Positions 27,042 through 36,312 of a DNA stretch of 64,000 nt are shown piece by piece. How positions within the stretch are numbered: position 1 is the stretch's first letter; the number at the start of each line of letters is the position of its first letter. The notes beneath the pieces were generated by a model. The model did no database searches. It saw nothing but the letters and a program-made list of their open reading frames with translations, and had not been told where the DNA came from. Source of the stretch: a virus; the IMG/VR virus record IMGVR_UViG_3300021964_000016; one strand, 5' to 3'. The translations under genes were made by a program, and so were the position numbers.

Positions 27042-27523
27042 TACGCTGCCTCTCGCGCCTGATACTCGGCATATGTCAACAGACTACCATCGTCTGCCAT
27101 CTCATACATCAACTTGTAGTCTCCCTTCTGTCCACCTTCGAGTTGAACCCACTGCTCTAACCGAGCAGAAATATCTGTTTGGAACAACTCTGCCTTGGTG
27201 TAGCGAGTGGCGAGCAGACGACCGCCAGCAAAAGAAAGGTTGATGGGGGAATCCCACTCAGGAAGGTGGTCGGACTCCACATAGTCGACATCGTCGACCA
27301 GCACATCGGAAATGATGTACTCCTGCCAAGATTCGTTGCGCTCGGTGATATGACGACGCAGAGTGTCCCAGATCTCGGAACCCATCGCCTGTTCGATGGA
27401 CACGCCATGGAGCACGTAGGTGTTACCACCCTTGGGTTTCCAGTACTGCGGGCACTCGCCCGTACCGTCCCAGTCGTGGGCACCGTAGTTTTCTAGGATT
27501 TGGGTTTGCATAACAATTTTCAT
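27041..27523 (-). CDS. Hypothetical early protein
   Basis: TQILENYGAHDWDGTGECPQYWKPKGGNTY; strong SD GAGGAG behind an early promoter. Confidence 0.8.
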   Translation of the reverse strand: MKIVMQTQILENYGAHDWDGTGECPQYWKPKGGNTYVLHGVSIEQAMGSEIWDTLRRHITERNESWQEYIISDVLVDDVDYVESDHLPEWDSPINLSFAGGRLLATRYTKAELFQTDISARLEQWVQLEGGQKGDYKLMYEMADDGSLLTYAEYQAREAA

Positions 27524-27529
27524 ATCAAT

Positions 27530-27609
27530 CTCCTCAACCAGAAATACTATTATCGCTCAAAACAGGCACAAAGTAAAGTTTGAAAAACTTGAATAAAATC
27601 AACAACTTA
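27530..27609 (-). promoter_or_regulatory. Early sigma70-type promoter cassette 1 with upstream IHF-consensus box
   Basis: TTTACT-17-GATAAT; AATCAACAACTTA at 27597-27609. Confidence 0.8.
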
Positions 27610-27816
27610 CGAAAACACCTGTTCTACGTCTTTATGATCTACGATAACAGTGTCTCCCGCTGCCCTGTAGACGCAGAGATCCTTTATCTCGTGGTCGAGG
27701 CGGACGTGGTGAGAAACCCCACCACCGTATTTCACCCGAGACAGGGTGACTTTTCCGGAAACAGGGATGTCTCCGAGATAGGTTGCTTTGACTGATTCGC
27801 CTTCAAGATTCCACAT
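27607..27816 (-). CDS. Hypothetical early protein
   Basis: MWNLEGESVKATYLG...SRVKYGG; SD GAGGAG. Confidence 0.75.
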   Translation of the reverse strand: MWNLEGESVKATYLGDIPVSGKVTLSRVKYGGGVSHHVRLDHEIKDLCVYRAAGDTVIVDHKDVEQVFS

Positions 27817-27821
27817 AGTAT

Positions 27822-27902
27822 TCTCCTCAACCAGAAATACTATTATGCTATAATTCTTGCATAAAGGCAAGTAGTAAAAACTACTGTAAAATCAATAACT
27901 TA
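27822..27902 (-). promoter_or_regulatory. Early promoter cassette 2 with IHF-consensus box
   Basis: TTGCCT-17-CATAAT; AATCAATAACTTA at 27890-27902; leader AGTATTTCTGGTTGAGGAGA is identical to cassette 1. Confidence 0.8.
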
Positions 27903-28526
27903 CATTTTAGTTACAAATTCTACGTTTGGAGGTGTTTGTATTTTTGAGTTCGGATGCTTGTGGTACAGGAAAAATTTAATGTGCTTGAACTCGTTAAAGA
28001 TATTTGCCCAGATAGGACGCCAAATGTCGAGCAGGCGAAGGTTGTTTCTGCCAGTTCGATCACTGCTCAAGACGGTATCAGTATAAGACCTCATGTTGTG
28101 GTCAAAGATAGAGTCAAACCCAAACATATGAATCTCGTCAGGTTTGTGTCTAGTAGAAACGTAATGTGTCGCCATGTGCCCGCAATTAAAGTTTGTTGCG
28201 CCTTGATTGCCCTTTCCGGCATAACTAGGGACGTGCGTATAGAACTCTCTTATCTGCGCTGACTTCATCATATAAAAACTAGGACGAGAATCCATCCACG
28301 CTTTAGGACGATTACCGCAAACCCAATAGTATGCGTCAAGGTTTATAGAACCTTCGGTCAATGCTGCCATCATTTTAAAGTCGACAATACAAGTCGCGTA
28401 CACATTTTGTACTTCAAACGGAGGTTGGTTGCAAATTATAAGTTTGCCTTCTCTCTTGTATCTAACGGACTCTGGCATCATTTGTGCCATGTCGCCATTG
28501 CCTAAAATATAAACTTTCTTAGTCAT
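27900..28526 (-). CDS. Nucleotide-sugar-transferase-like protein (GT29/GT42/MptE-like Rossmann fold)
   Basis: VYILGNG...ICN...NCGHMA...IHMFGFD pattern. Confidence 0.5.
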   Translation of the reverse strand: MTKKVYILGNGDMAQMMPESVRYKREGKLIICNQPPFEVQNVYATCIVDFKMMAALTEGSINLDAYYWVCGNRPKAWMDSRPSFYMMKSAQIREFYTHVPSYAGKGNQGATNFNCGHMATHYVSTRHKPDEIHMFGFDSIFDHNMRSYTDTVLSSDRTGRNNLRLLDIWRPIWANIFNEFKHIKFFLYHKHPNSKIQTPPNVEFVTKM

Positions 28527-29187
28527 GATTCAATTGTCTACGAATTTCTTCTTTACCTTTCTGTCCCGTCCAGTGTTTTATAATTTGCTTAGACGGAACC
28601 CTCTCTTGTAGAATATCCAATCGCAAAACATTAAAGCGATGCGGTGCTTCTGAAATATGTATAACGCGGTTCATGGCGTCCTGATTCAACAACCAATACA
28701 ATGCTTCTTGATCTCCTCTGTGGATGCCTTCTTTTTTCACCTCATTAAACCAGTGTTCTAGGATAATAGGTCTCCCTTCAAACGCAACCACGCCAGTGTT
28801 GTACCACGGACCACAATTTCCCTGTGGTGTCCAAGGAGACCCATTGGCAGTCCAAGGATGATCTATCACAGCAGTAAGTTTATTATGCTCAACATAGTTA
28901 AAGATACCTGAAGGGTCTGCCATGATCTCGCAGTCAGTATCAACCCAACAGTATTTTCCTTGGAACCAATGCTTCATCTTCCACATCGTTTCTACTTTGG
29001 AAAACCAACCGTTTGACTGAACGCCAACCACAAAATTACAATTTTCCTTTGCAAACTTCTTACCTTCTGGCGAAAGTCCAAAGTCTGCGATAACTAGTTC
29101 GTCGTCGCAATGTTTGTGAAAGTTTTTGGTGAACCATGGTAATTGCCATTCTGTGTTTTTATCACAACCAGTTACAAAGTAATTCAT
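28519..29187 (-). CDS. GT-A glycosyltransferase (GT8/GT77-like)
   Basis: WVDTDCEI (DxD), YNTGVV, GDQEAL and IKHWTG. Confidence 0.8.
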   Translation of the reverse strand: MNYFVTGCDKNTEWQLPWFTKNFHKHCDDELVIADFGLSPEGKKFAKENCNFVVGVQSNGWFSKVETMWKMKHWFQGKYCWVDTDCEIMADPSGIFNYVEHNKLTAVIDHPWTANGSPWTPQGNCGPWYNTGVVAFEGRPIILEHWFNEVKKEGIHRGDQEALYWLLNQDAMNRVIHISEAPHRFNVLRLDILQERVPSKQIIKHWTGQKGKEEIRRQLNHD

Positions 29188-29831
29188 ATCAATTCATATG
29201 CCTCGCTGTAGTTGTGTTTTGCTTGACAACCCAGTTCTTTTTGTATGGTAGAAAATGAGTCGCGTGCCTCTACCGGCCAAGGATAGTATTCTTCTATAAA
29301 GTCAAAGTTGTTGTTGTTTATGAATATGTCAGTCGGCGCAGCGGCAACCTTCGCCTTTTCAATTAATTTTTCTGCTGCTTTTGGCGTCACTGCATATGCG
29401 TGCGCACCTGGAAGATATTGCTTTGATATGAGTTTATTTTTGCCTAGTGTGCTGGGTGCTATCCATCTACCATAAGAAGGACGCCCAAAAGACAATACCC
29501 CATCAAATTGAACATTAGGAATCTGGTCTACAAAATATGCATCATGTTCTAGAACAAGAAGAGTTTCTTTATCTTCTACTGATTTTTTCCAAAGTCTATA
29601 ATGAGAAGTGAAAGCGGCAATACAGTTGTCAAAGCGAGAATACTCTTCAACAAACCCTCTGGTTCCTATTCCTTCTTTTGAGAGGAATTCTCCAGGGTTA
29701 TCCTCTGGTGTAGTTGCTTCGAACTTTTCTACCTCAAATCCAACCCTACCAGCAGAACGAATACAACGCTCTGCTGCCTGTAAGGATTGCTCTATAGAAC
29801 TAATTGTGATCACATAACCTTTCATTATCAA
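29184..29831 (-). CDS. Glycosyltransferase family 25
   Basis: YVITI, AAFTSHYRLWKK, LVLEHDA, GAHAYAVTPKAAEKL and PTD. Confidence 0.85.
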   Translation of the reverse strand: MIMKGYVITISSIEQSLQAAERCIRSAGRVGFEVEKFEATTPEDNPGEFLSKEGIGTRGFVEEYSRFDNCIAAFTSHYRLWKKSVEDKETLLVLEHDAYFVDQIPNVQFDGVLSFGRPSYGRWIAPSTLGKNKLISKQYLPGAHAYAVTPKAAEKLIEKAKVAAAPTDIFINNNNFDFIEEYYPWPVEARDSFSTIQKELGCQAKHNYSEAYELI

Positions 29832-30550
29832 ATTCCTGTGGTTGTCGATACTCCTGATTGCACTACGGTGTAGTATGGATAGACAACCTTTAGATCAGTT
29901 GGAAATAGTTGACGACACATAATAGCGTCGTTTGGCCACATTCCAACTCTCTCCACCTCTTCCAAAAGTTTCTTGGCAAAATAAGGTTTAATGATGTATG
30001 CGCTGTTTCCAGCGATTCCCATCGGTAGAGGTGGGTCAGTCGGTTCATCGATGACGGGTACTCGTTGAATTCCCTCCCCGTACTTCTCGATTAAACTATG
30101 GAACAATCGTCCCTTGCGCGTATTACCTCGCGGGTCATTCAACCCGACTGCGCCCCATTTGTCGGAGAGATCCTCAACAGAGAATTCCCTCACGAACCTT
30201 GCATCGTGCTCAAGAACAAGAATTGGTCCTTCTTGTTCAGCACATAACTTCCATAATCGATAGTGACTTAATGCGCAAGCAACTACTCGATCTTGTGCTT
30301 TTGCTGGATAGTATTTCTTATACAACCCAGTCGTTAAATCTAATCCGTCTTGGTTAGGAGAACTTGGCCATGTCCAAGGAACCTGTTTGCCAAATACTTC
30401 CCCTGTATGATTATATATATTTTTCGGTTGTGTCGCTTCAAAGAACTCAACAGCGATATTCGCGCAATGTTCTTTCACAGATTCAGCGGCAACCTCTGCT
30501 CTACTCACAGAAGAATCATTGTCGCTCATTGTGATGATATATGCTCTCAT
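29828..30550 (-). CDS. Glycosyltransferase family 25
   Basis: AYIIT, ACALSHYRLWK, LVLEHDA, GNSAYIIKP and PND. Confidence 0.85.
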   Translation of the reverse strand: MRAYIITMSDNDSSVSRAEVAAESVKEHCANIAVEFFEATQPKNIYNHTGEVFGKQVPWTWPSSPNQDGLDLTTGLYKKYYPAKAQDRVVACALSHYRLWKLCAEQEGPILVLEHDARFVREFSVEDLSDKWGAVGLNDPRGNTRKGRLFHSLIEKYGEGIQRVPVIDEPTDPPLPMGIAGNSAYIIKPYFAKKLLEEVERVGMWPNDAIMCRQLFPTDLKVVYPYYTVVQSGVSTTTGI

Positions 30551-31110
30551 TTTTGCCCTATGAATACGTGATCTTTCCAACGAGCAGAGCGTTCAACTCC
30601 AGGAGATATCCACTGAGCATCCGGACTTTGTTCCCATTCTTTACCATCATCAATCCAATCAGCAATCACCTTTAAGTCGCACTCTTTTGCAATTGCTTTA
30701 AACGAGTCTCTATAAAATCGCCAACAGTCTGGGTTGTCGTGAGTGGGTCCACTAGAAGGTGCGATAATCACCATGTAATGCTCTGGTTTGAGAACTCGAG
30801 TCAATTCTGCTGCTGCCCTAAATGGATTGTAGATATGCTCAAATGTTTGCCCCGATACAATAAAGTCTATCGAATTGTCTTCAAAAGGTAACTCATACGG
30901 TCCAGGCATTTTGTGAGTAACATTACCACCCTCGTTTATATCTGCGATGTAATAGTTTTCGCAAACATCTTCGAATATTGGTCGATAAGTGCGGTCTTGT
31001 CCAGGTTTTATATTTCTACCGCCAAGGTCTAGTATCGTCAACCCACTACCGAGTCGAGAACCTAAAAGGTCTCTCGCCCTCTTCATATTTTCTCTAGAAG
31101 AAGGGTGCAC
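30547..31110 (-). CDS. Class I SAM-dependent methyltransferase (Methyltransf_11)
   Basis: ILDLGG, LPFEDNSIDFIVSGQTFEH, RVLKP and DCWRF. Confidence 0.88.
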   Translation of the reverse strand: MHPSSRENMKRARDLLGSRLGSGLTILDLGGRNIKPGQDRTYRPIFEDVCENYYIADINEGGNVTHKMPGPYELPFEDNSIDFIVSGQTFEHIYNPFRAAAELTRVLKPEHYMVIIAPSSGPTHDNPDCWRFYRDSFKAIAKECDLKVIADWIDDGKEWEQSPDAQWISPGVERSARWKDHVFIGQK

Positions 31111-31715
31111 TATAGAACCTCTATACTGAATTGTGTTGTTGCACCTTCCTGAATTATTTTCAAATTATACTTCTTCACAAATTCGTCAACAGCAGCAGTT
31201 ACACCTGCCTTGCCGTGTTTTTGAAATGGCCACTGATAGTCGTCGCCTAGAATCAGTCCGCCTGATTTAACAACTCTAAAAGAGTTTTCTAAGTCGCGCA
31301 GGCAACCTTCATATGAATGATCTCCGTCAACGTAGATCCAATCTAGAGAGTTTTCTTCTCGTTGGTCGAACCACTCGTCTGAAGACATTCGGTGTATATG
31401 TACGTTAGATAGTTCTTTAAACCTCTTTACGACTCCTCTATAGACCGAATCGTATTTTTGCTGAAACTGCTCTTCAGTATTCCCGCCACAAACACTAGAA
31501 TACCGTTGCAAATAGTTTTCATAAGATCCATGTTCCGTACTTTCTTTGTATGGTTCTATGCTCCAAGAATCTACAAGGTGAAGTTCTGCTGGGTTTTTAT
31601 TTGCAAAGTTTATAGAAGTGTTTCCCATCCACACCCCGATCTCTGCACCAACGGTTCCCTCTTTCACAAGATAGAGAATATCTTTTGAATCTCTGTTTGT
31701 AGTAGATCCCATCAT
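31110..31715 (-). CDS. Class I SAM-dependent methyltransferase (Methyltransf_24)
   Basis: GAEIGVWMG, LVDSW, LDWIYVDGDHSYEG, GGLILGDDY and GVTAAVDEF. Confidence 0.88.
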   Translation of the reverse strand: MMGSTTNRDSKDILYLVKEGTVGAEIGVWMGNTSINFANKNPAELHLVDSWSIEPYKESTEHGSYENYLQRYSSVCGGNTEEQFQQKYDSVYRGVVKRFKELSNVHIHRMSSDEWFDQREENSLDWIYVDGDHSYEGCLRDLENSFRVVKSGGLILGDDYQWPFQKHGKAGVTAAVDEFVKKYNLKIIQEGATTQFSIEVL

Positions 31716-31717
31716 AA

Positions 31718-32410
31718 CTATTTTCTCCAATAGTTCTTTTGTGCGCCAGTATCAAAGTCATACCCAAAGAAATCGATATCTTCTTTGTACCAGTCTGCCA
31801 CGATCTGAATTGTTTTGTCGGTGTAAATATCTCGGTAGGTGCCTTTATTCAAATCGGTGACGTTACGTGCTCGAGACATTTCTGGAATATCGAAGTATGC
31901 ACAAAGATCTTCGTTGAGATTTTCAAATCTCATCATGTCACATTTAAGATTGCCACTAGCATCGCAAACGTGATCGACAGCAGGAAACCAACCACGTATG
32001 GCGCGGTGCCAATAATAATCCTTTCCGCCCCACTCAAATCGTTCCTCGAGGAAAGACTCGAATGAGTCGATTCGGTGCTTACCAATTGGTTCTTTCTTTT
32101 CAACCTCAATGACTTTCTTTGCAAAGAAGTAACGAGATACAACTCTGTCCCAGGGATTGCGTGCCACGGCGAATGCTTGATATAAGTTTCTGACTGCTGG
32201 TTTGATATCTCTCCATCTCGCGTGTTCATTACCATGATGATCTCCACTTTTCCTCATCGCTTTATGAAGTTCTTTTGTGTATTGCTCTGACTTATGATTA
32301 TTTGGAGTTGCGACAACCAGATAAGGAGCAAGTTGAGGACTCTTGCGTATTGTCATTCCCGCACACTTGGGGATATGAATGAATAATCTTTTCTGATTCT
32401 CGAATACCAT
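31718..32410 (-). CDS. Sulfotransferase (Sulfotransfer_2 family)
   Basis: LFIHIPKCAGMTI (5'-PSB), ARNPWDRVVSRY (3'-PB), RFENL and YKEDIDFFGYDF. Confidence 0.88.
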   Translation of the reverse strand: MVFENQKRLFIHIPKCAGMTIRKSPQLAPYLVVATPNNHKSEQYTKELHKAMRKSGDHHGNEHARWRDIKPAVRNLYQAFAVARNPWDRVVSRYFFAKKVIEVEKKEPIGKHRIDSFESFLEERFEWGGKDYYWHRAIRGWFPAVDHVCDASGNLKCDMMRFENLNEDLCAYFDIPEMSRARNVTDLNKGTYRDIYTDKTIQIVADWYKEDIDFFGYDFDTGAQKNYWRK

Positions 32411-33198
32411 TACGCAATGTCCTTCATCAATGCTTCGACGTTTTCCCCACTATTTGGCAACTTGTCTTTCAAGAAGAAATGAACGAAATTTGCCTCAGGG
32501 ATATATTCGTCCTTTACACCTTTATATAGTGCGTTCCATTTCCAGTCCATATCTTTGATATTCAGACCTTCTTTTTTCACCCACCAATTTAAAAGTGTTT
32601 GGTCGGTAGACCATTTCCAGTTTCCCATACCATCAATAAATTTTTGAAACTCGGGTCGCCCTAAAAATTGTCTCGCGGTTTGTCCTTTGAAATAAGGAAC
32701 GATAGACTTATTCATAATCATCATTCCCATATTATAAAATTTGGCACCCCAGTCTTGCCAGTCCCAGTCAACATTACCGAGACTAGCATACTGCATATTG
32801 GAGTAGTTCTTTATCTTCATGGCGTATGCACCAGAGATTGGCATGTCTCGTTCGACGCATGCACCAAAGTCATGTTCTGTGCCAAAGTCTTCAAAAATAT
32901 TCGGTGCTTCCGAACGAACATAGATGTCGGCATCTATGATTGCAATTTGATCATAACCTTTCGCAAAATAATCAAATGCGTTTTCTTTTTCATATATTGG
33001 CAAAAATCCTCCGTGCTTTTCGTACGACTCTACGGAGCGATTAGTTACAAAGATATCTGGTTTGATTCTTAAGATTGGAGTTTTCTGTACGACATGATCA
33101 ATGCCGTACTTTTCGCAATAAGCGGCAACAGATTCTATGCAATGCTTATAGAGTTGAGAAGGTTTCCCAACAGATACTTGATAAATTAAACGTTTCAT
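32410..33198 (-). CDS. GT-A glycosyltransferase (GT8/GT34-like)
   Basis: IIDADIY, PNIF, YNMGMM, DQTLLN, KWNAL and FVHF. Confidence 0.82.
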   Translation of the reverse strand: MKRLIYQVSVGKPSQLYKHCIESVAAYCEKYGIDHVVQKTPILRIKPDIFVTNRSVESYEKHGGFLPIYEKENAFDYFAKGYDQIAIIDADIYVRSEAPNIFEDFGTEHDFGACVERDMPISGAYAMKIKNYSNMQYASLGNVDWDWQDWGAKFYNMGMMIMNKSIVPYFKGQTARQFLGRPEFQKFIDGMGNWKWSTDQTLLNWWVKKEGLNIKDMDWKWNALYKGVKDEYIPEANFVHFFLKDKLPNSGENVEALMKDIA

Positions 33199-33213
33199 AA
33201 TGATACCAAAGGG

Positions 33214-34767
33214 TTATGATGTAAAAACCTTTACCCCATATTTTCGTTCAAACTGAGCAGCGTGTTCAACAGTATTAACCATCGGCATGCGTCGAATATT
33301 CAAAGAAGTGTTTAACAACATAGGCACACCAGTTCTTTCATAATAGCATTCAATTATTTTCCGAAAAACCGATTTCGAATCTTTTGGCACTAATTGTACG
33401 CGACCAGTACCATCGACATGAGTAACAGAAGAATACTGGTGTTTTGCCTTAGCAGCATATTGCATCCATCGATTCATTGGTCCTTCGAAATAATCTGCTG
33501 CATGTTCTTCTAAAATAGCAGGAGCGAAAGGTCGATATTTCTGCCTACGTTTTACCATGTTAACTGTATCTTTAACATCGAATCTAACATCTGCAATAAG
33601 TGATCGGTTTCCATATGCACGATAACTAAACTCTGCTGGACCGTTTGCGACTCCGCAATATCGCTCTTTGAGGAGATGATCAACAACCATTTCTGGGTCT
33701 AAGTCTCCTTCGATACAGTGACCAAGATAAGGGTGTTCCCAATTAATTCTATCCTTGCCAGTATCTCTCATATAAGAAAAAGCAGCTGCACCGAGACTAG
33801 CACCTCCATCTCCAGGATTCAAATCTACCCACATATCGTCAAATAGTTTGCTCACCTCATTATTTGTGACAATATTCTGTGCAACTCCGCCGGAATAGCA
33901 AAGTTTGCTTCCGTACTTTCTTGCCTTTTTCATAAACTCTAAAATAACGAGGGTTGTACATGCTTGAAGAGATGCAGCTGCATCCTCTACAGATTTACAT
34001 TCTTTCATAAGCATCTGTACGATTTTTCGCAAGTACATTAACTTTAAGTCATAGAAATGTTTCCAGTTCACGTAACTTCCTTCTTCCCTTTTTTGTATTG
34101 CTTCTTCAATCAACCATTCGGGAATAGAACTAAACATCTCATAAGTTTTTTCAGTATGAGTAGGTTCGCCATAACTCGACAATCCCATGATCACATATTC
34201 ATCTTCGTTTGCGGTCAAACCGAGTCCGCAACCTTCTGTAAAGGCAGCATAAAGATATCCGATAGATTTAGGGAATGTTATCTCTTCAATAATATTAAAA
34301 TTATGATCAAGAATTGCACCAGAACGATGCTCCCCAATACCATCAATTGTTACAATAACGCAATCTTCTTTATCGAAAGATTTTGGTCTTGTGGCAAAAG
34401 CAGCATATGCGTGCGAAATATGGTGCCCAGTAGGTTTTGCGTTTATTTTTTGAGTATACATCGAAGGATGTATGTTCTGTATAGGGCAATCCAATTTGAA
34501 AATATCAGGAAACTTTTTCCGAGTTAATGCAACTTCACCTCCACGAAGTTCTTCTCTCGCCTCCCAATCGTCATTCATTGTAACGATTAGGTTTTCTCCT
34601 TTATTCGGGTGATACAATAAGTCCCACAAACCAGAGGGGATTCTAGAATCGTGCTTCACTTGAGTGAATCTTTCTGTCTGACTCGCAAAGACAATATTGC
34701 CTTGGTCATCAATCAACGTCATGCCAGCATCGTGGAGTTGTGCTCCACTAATACCCAAATATTTCAT
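33214..34767 (-). CDS. Carbamoyltransferase (NodU/CmcH family)
   Basis: HDAG, ERFTQVKH, HHISHA, DGIGE, GGVAQN, PGDGG, GNRSLIAD, RPFAP, HVDGTGRVQ and LLNTSLN. Confidence 0.93.
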   Translation of the reverse strand: MKYLGISGAQLHDAGMTLIDDQGNIVFASQTERFTQVKHDSRIPSGLWDLLYHPNKGENLIVTMNDDWEAREELRGGEVALTRKKFPDIFKLDCPIQNIHPSMYTQKINAKPTGHHISHAYAAFATRPKSFDKEDCVIVTIDGIGEHRSGAILDHNFNIIEEITFPKSIGYLYAAFTEGCGLGLTANEDEYVIMGLSSYGEPTHTEKTYEMFSSIPEWLIEEAIQKREEGSYVNWKHFYDLKLMYLRKIVQMLMKECKSVEDAAASLQACTTLVILEFMKKARKYGSKLCYSGGVAQNIVTNNEVSKLFDDMWVDLNPGDGGASLGAAAFSYMRDTGKDRINWEHPYLGHCIEGDLDPEMVVDHLLKERYCGVANGPAEFSYRAYGNRSLIADVRFDVKDTVNMVKRRQKYRPFAPAILEEHAADYFEGPMNRWMQYAAKAKHQYSSVTHVDGTGRVQLVPKDSKSVFRKIIECYYERTGVPMLLNTSLNIRRMPMVNTVEHAAQFERKYGVKVFTS

Positions 34768-34785
34768 AACGAACCTATGAATTAA

Positions 34786-35238
34786 TTAATAAGGTACTTC
34801 TTCCATTCTAGACATAAGTCGCTCAGCACGATTAGTCACTTGGCGATACCAAAGAGAATCACGACCTTCGGTTGCAGCTTTTTTCCAATCATGGTCAAGA
34901 ATAGCAGCATTGAAGTTTTTAAATTTTGAAAGTCGAGTACGTCCCATATTGAACATCATATTAACCAAAATCTGCTGGACCTCATCAGGTAAGTTTCCAA
35001 ATTCCCCTTTGCCGTATAGAGCGTCACACTCTGCGATGGAGAGGTCGAGGTCTGCTTCGAAACACTCTCGGACTCTTTCTTCGGATACTGGCGTGCCCAC
35101 ATCAAGACCGTTCTCGGCGTCGGTTTCCAATACCAAATGCCCAACTCCGAATGTTGGATATCCAAGGTGGTCTTTGTAAATTTCATAGACAACACCTTCG
35201 TCGATTTTTAGTTGTTCGAATACTGCTTCTCTGTTCAT
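34786..35238 (-). CDS. Endolysin, T4 lysozyme-like (GH24)
   Basis: LKIDEG..YEIYKDHLGYPTFGVGH, NMMFNMG and SLWYRQVTNRAERL. Confidence 0.92.
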   Translation of the reverse strand: MNREAVFEQLKIDEGVVYEIYKDHLGYPTFGVGHLVLETDAENGLDVGTPVSEERVRECFEADLDLSIAECDALYGKGEFGNLPDEVQQILVNMMFNMGRTRLSKFKNFNAAILDHDWKKAATEGRDSLWYRQVTNRAERLMSRMEEVPY

Positions 35239-35239
35239 T

Positions 35240-35947
35240 TTAATTTCCCTTTTTGAACATTTCTTTAGTCATTATATAGTCGCGAACGAAATCCGAACGA
35301 ATAATATCTTTCCAACCAAACTCAATTATAGAGAAATTTCTCATAATTTCTATAATACTTATAAACTCTCTCAGTCCGTTCTTATCGCCCTGCTTCACAA
35401 AGTCTGATTGATAGTAGTCCCCAGAAAAAATAATTCTAGAGTCCAGTCCAACACGAGTAATTACTGAGTCTAATTCATGAAAGGTCAAGTTCTGCATTTC
35501 ATCAACGATGATGATTGCGTTGTCGAAAGTTGTTCCTCGAATAAAAGAAGTAGAATGAAACTCTACGCTTCTCTGTTCTACAAGTTGCTGATATGCGCCA
35601 CTAGTATCAAACAAGTCATCGCATATAGAAATATAAGGTGTAATAAAGGGAAGCAACTTTTCTTCTGCTGTTCCTGGTAAAAACCCGACTTCTCTGGTAG
35701 GAACAACTGAACGAATTATGTGCACAGTTTCCCATGGGGTATTTTTATCAAGGACATCTTGCAGTGCTAAGTACAACGCAGTAAAAGTCTTACCCGTACC
35801 CGCACTGCCACTGAGAACTAGATGATCTCCATCTTTCCAAGATTCTCTAGCAACTTTTTGAGTTTCTGTTAAAGGGTCGAATACACCAAGGTCGTCTATA
35901 CGCAACTTTCGTTGAGACTCAAACTTCTGACGTTTTGTTTGGGTCAT
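35240..35947 (-). CDS. phoH: PhoH-like ATPase
   Basis: GSAGTGKT, GFLPG, FIRGTTF, IVDEMQN, GDYYQSD and DIIRS. Confidence 0.95.
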   Translation of the reverse strand: MTQTKRQKFESQRKLRIDDLGVFDPLTETQKVARESWKDGDHLVLSGSAGTGKTFTALYLALQDVLDKNTPWETVHIIRSVVPTREVGFLPGTAEEKLLPFITPYISICDDLFDTSGAYQQLVEQRSVEFHSTSFIRGTTFDNAIIIVDEMQNLTFHELDSVITRVGLDSRIIFSGDYYQSDFVKQGDKNGLREFISIIEIMRNFSIIEFGWKDIIRSDFVRDYIMTKEMFKKGN

Positions 35948-36183
35948 TATGTTTTTATAGTATTACCACGACGGCCAGTGTTCTTCTTCATATTCTTAAG
36001 AAGATCTTTCCAACCATCTGAAGTTTTAGATAAAGTGCCGTTAACATGAGTCACTAATGCTGCACTGCTCTTATGGACCTGTACCCATTCTCCTGCATCT
36101 ACTTTCTCTTTCAGAGCAGTATAAGTACACATGACTTCTTTCTCTTCTCCAGTAGAAGTGTCTCTTACGTCGTAAAAAGGCAT
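35947..36183 (-). CDS. Small FmdB-like protein lacking most Cys ligands
   Basis: MPFYDVRDTSTGEEKE...SDGWKDLLKNMKK; usual position upstream of phoH. Confidence 0.6.
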   Translation of the reverse strand: MPFYDVRDTSTGEEKEVMCTYTALKEKVDAGEWVQVHKSSAALVTHVNGTLSKTSDGWKDLLKNMKKNTGRRGNTIKT

Positions 36184-36233
36184 TAATGGTTCTCCATAAA
36201 AGTAGTATATCACTGGGGGCAGCGACAGATTCT

Positions 36234-36261
36234 ATTATACTTATTTCTTTTAAAAAGTAAA
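36234..36261 (-). promoter_or_regulatory. Sigma70-type promoter for the phoH-lysozyme-transferase operon
   Basis: TTTACT-16-TATAAT immediately after a terminator-like hairpin. Confidence 0.65.
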
Positions 36262-36270
36262 GCAAAACGA

Positions 36271-36292
36271 TGCCCTATTCGAAAATAGGGCA
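36271..36292 (-). terminator. Terminator-like hairpin
   Basis: TGCCCTATT-TTCG-AATAGGGCA followed by TCGTTTTGCTTT. Confidence 0.7.
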
Positions 36293-36312
36293 CGAGATAC
36301 TGATCACCTTCC

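Noticed and set aside
27530-27902. CRISPR-like or terminal repeats
   Set aside because: The repeats are dispersed, imperfect promoter cassettes flanking genes, with no repeat-spacer periodicity.
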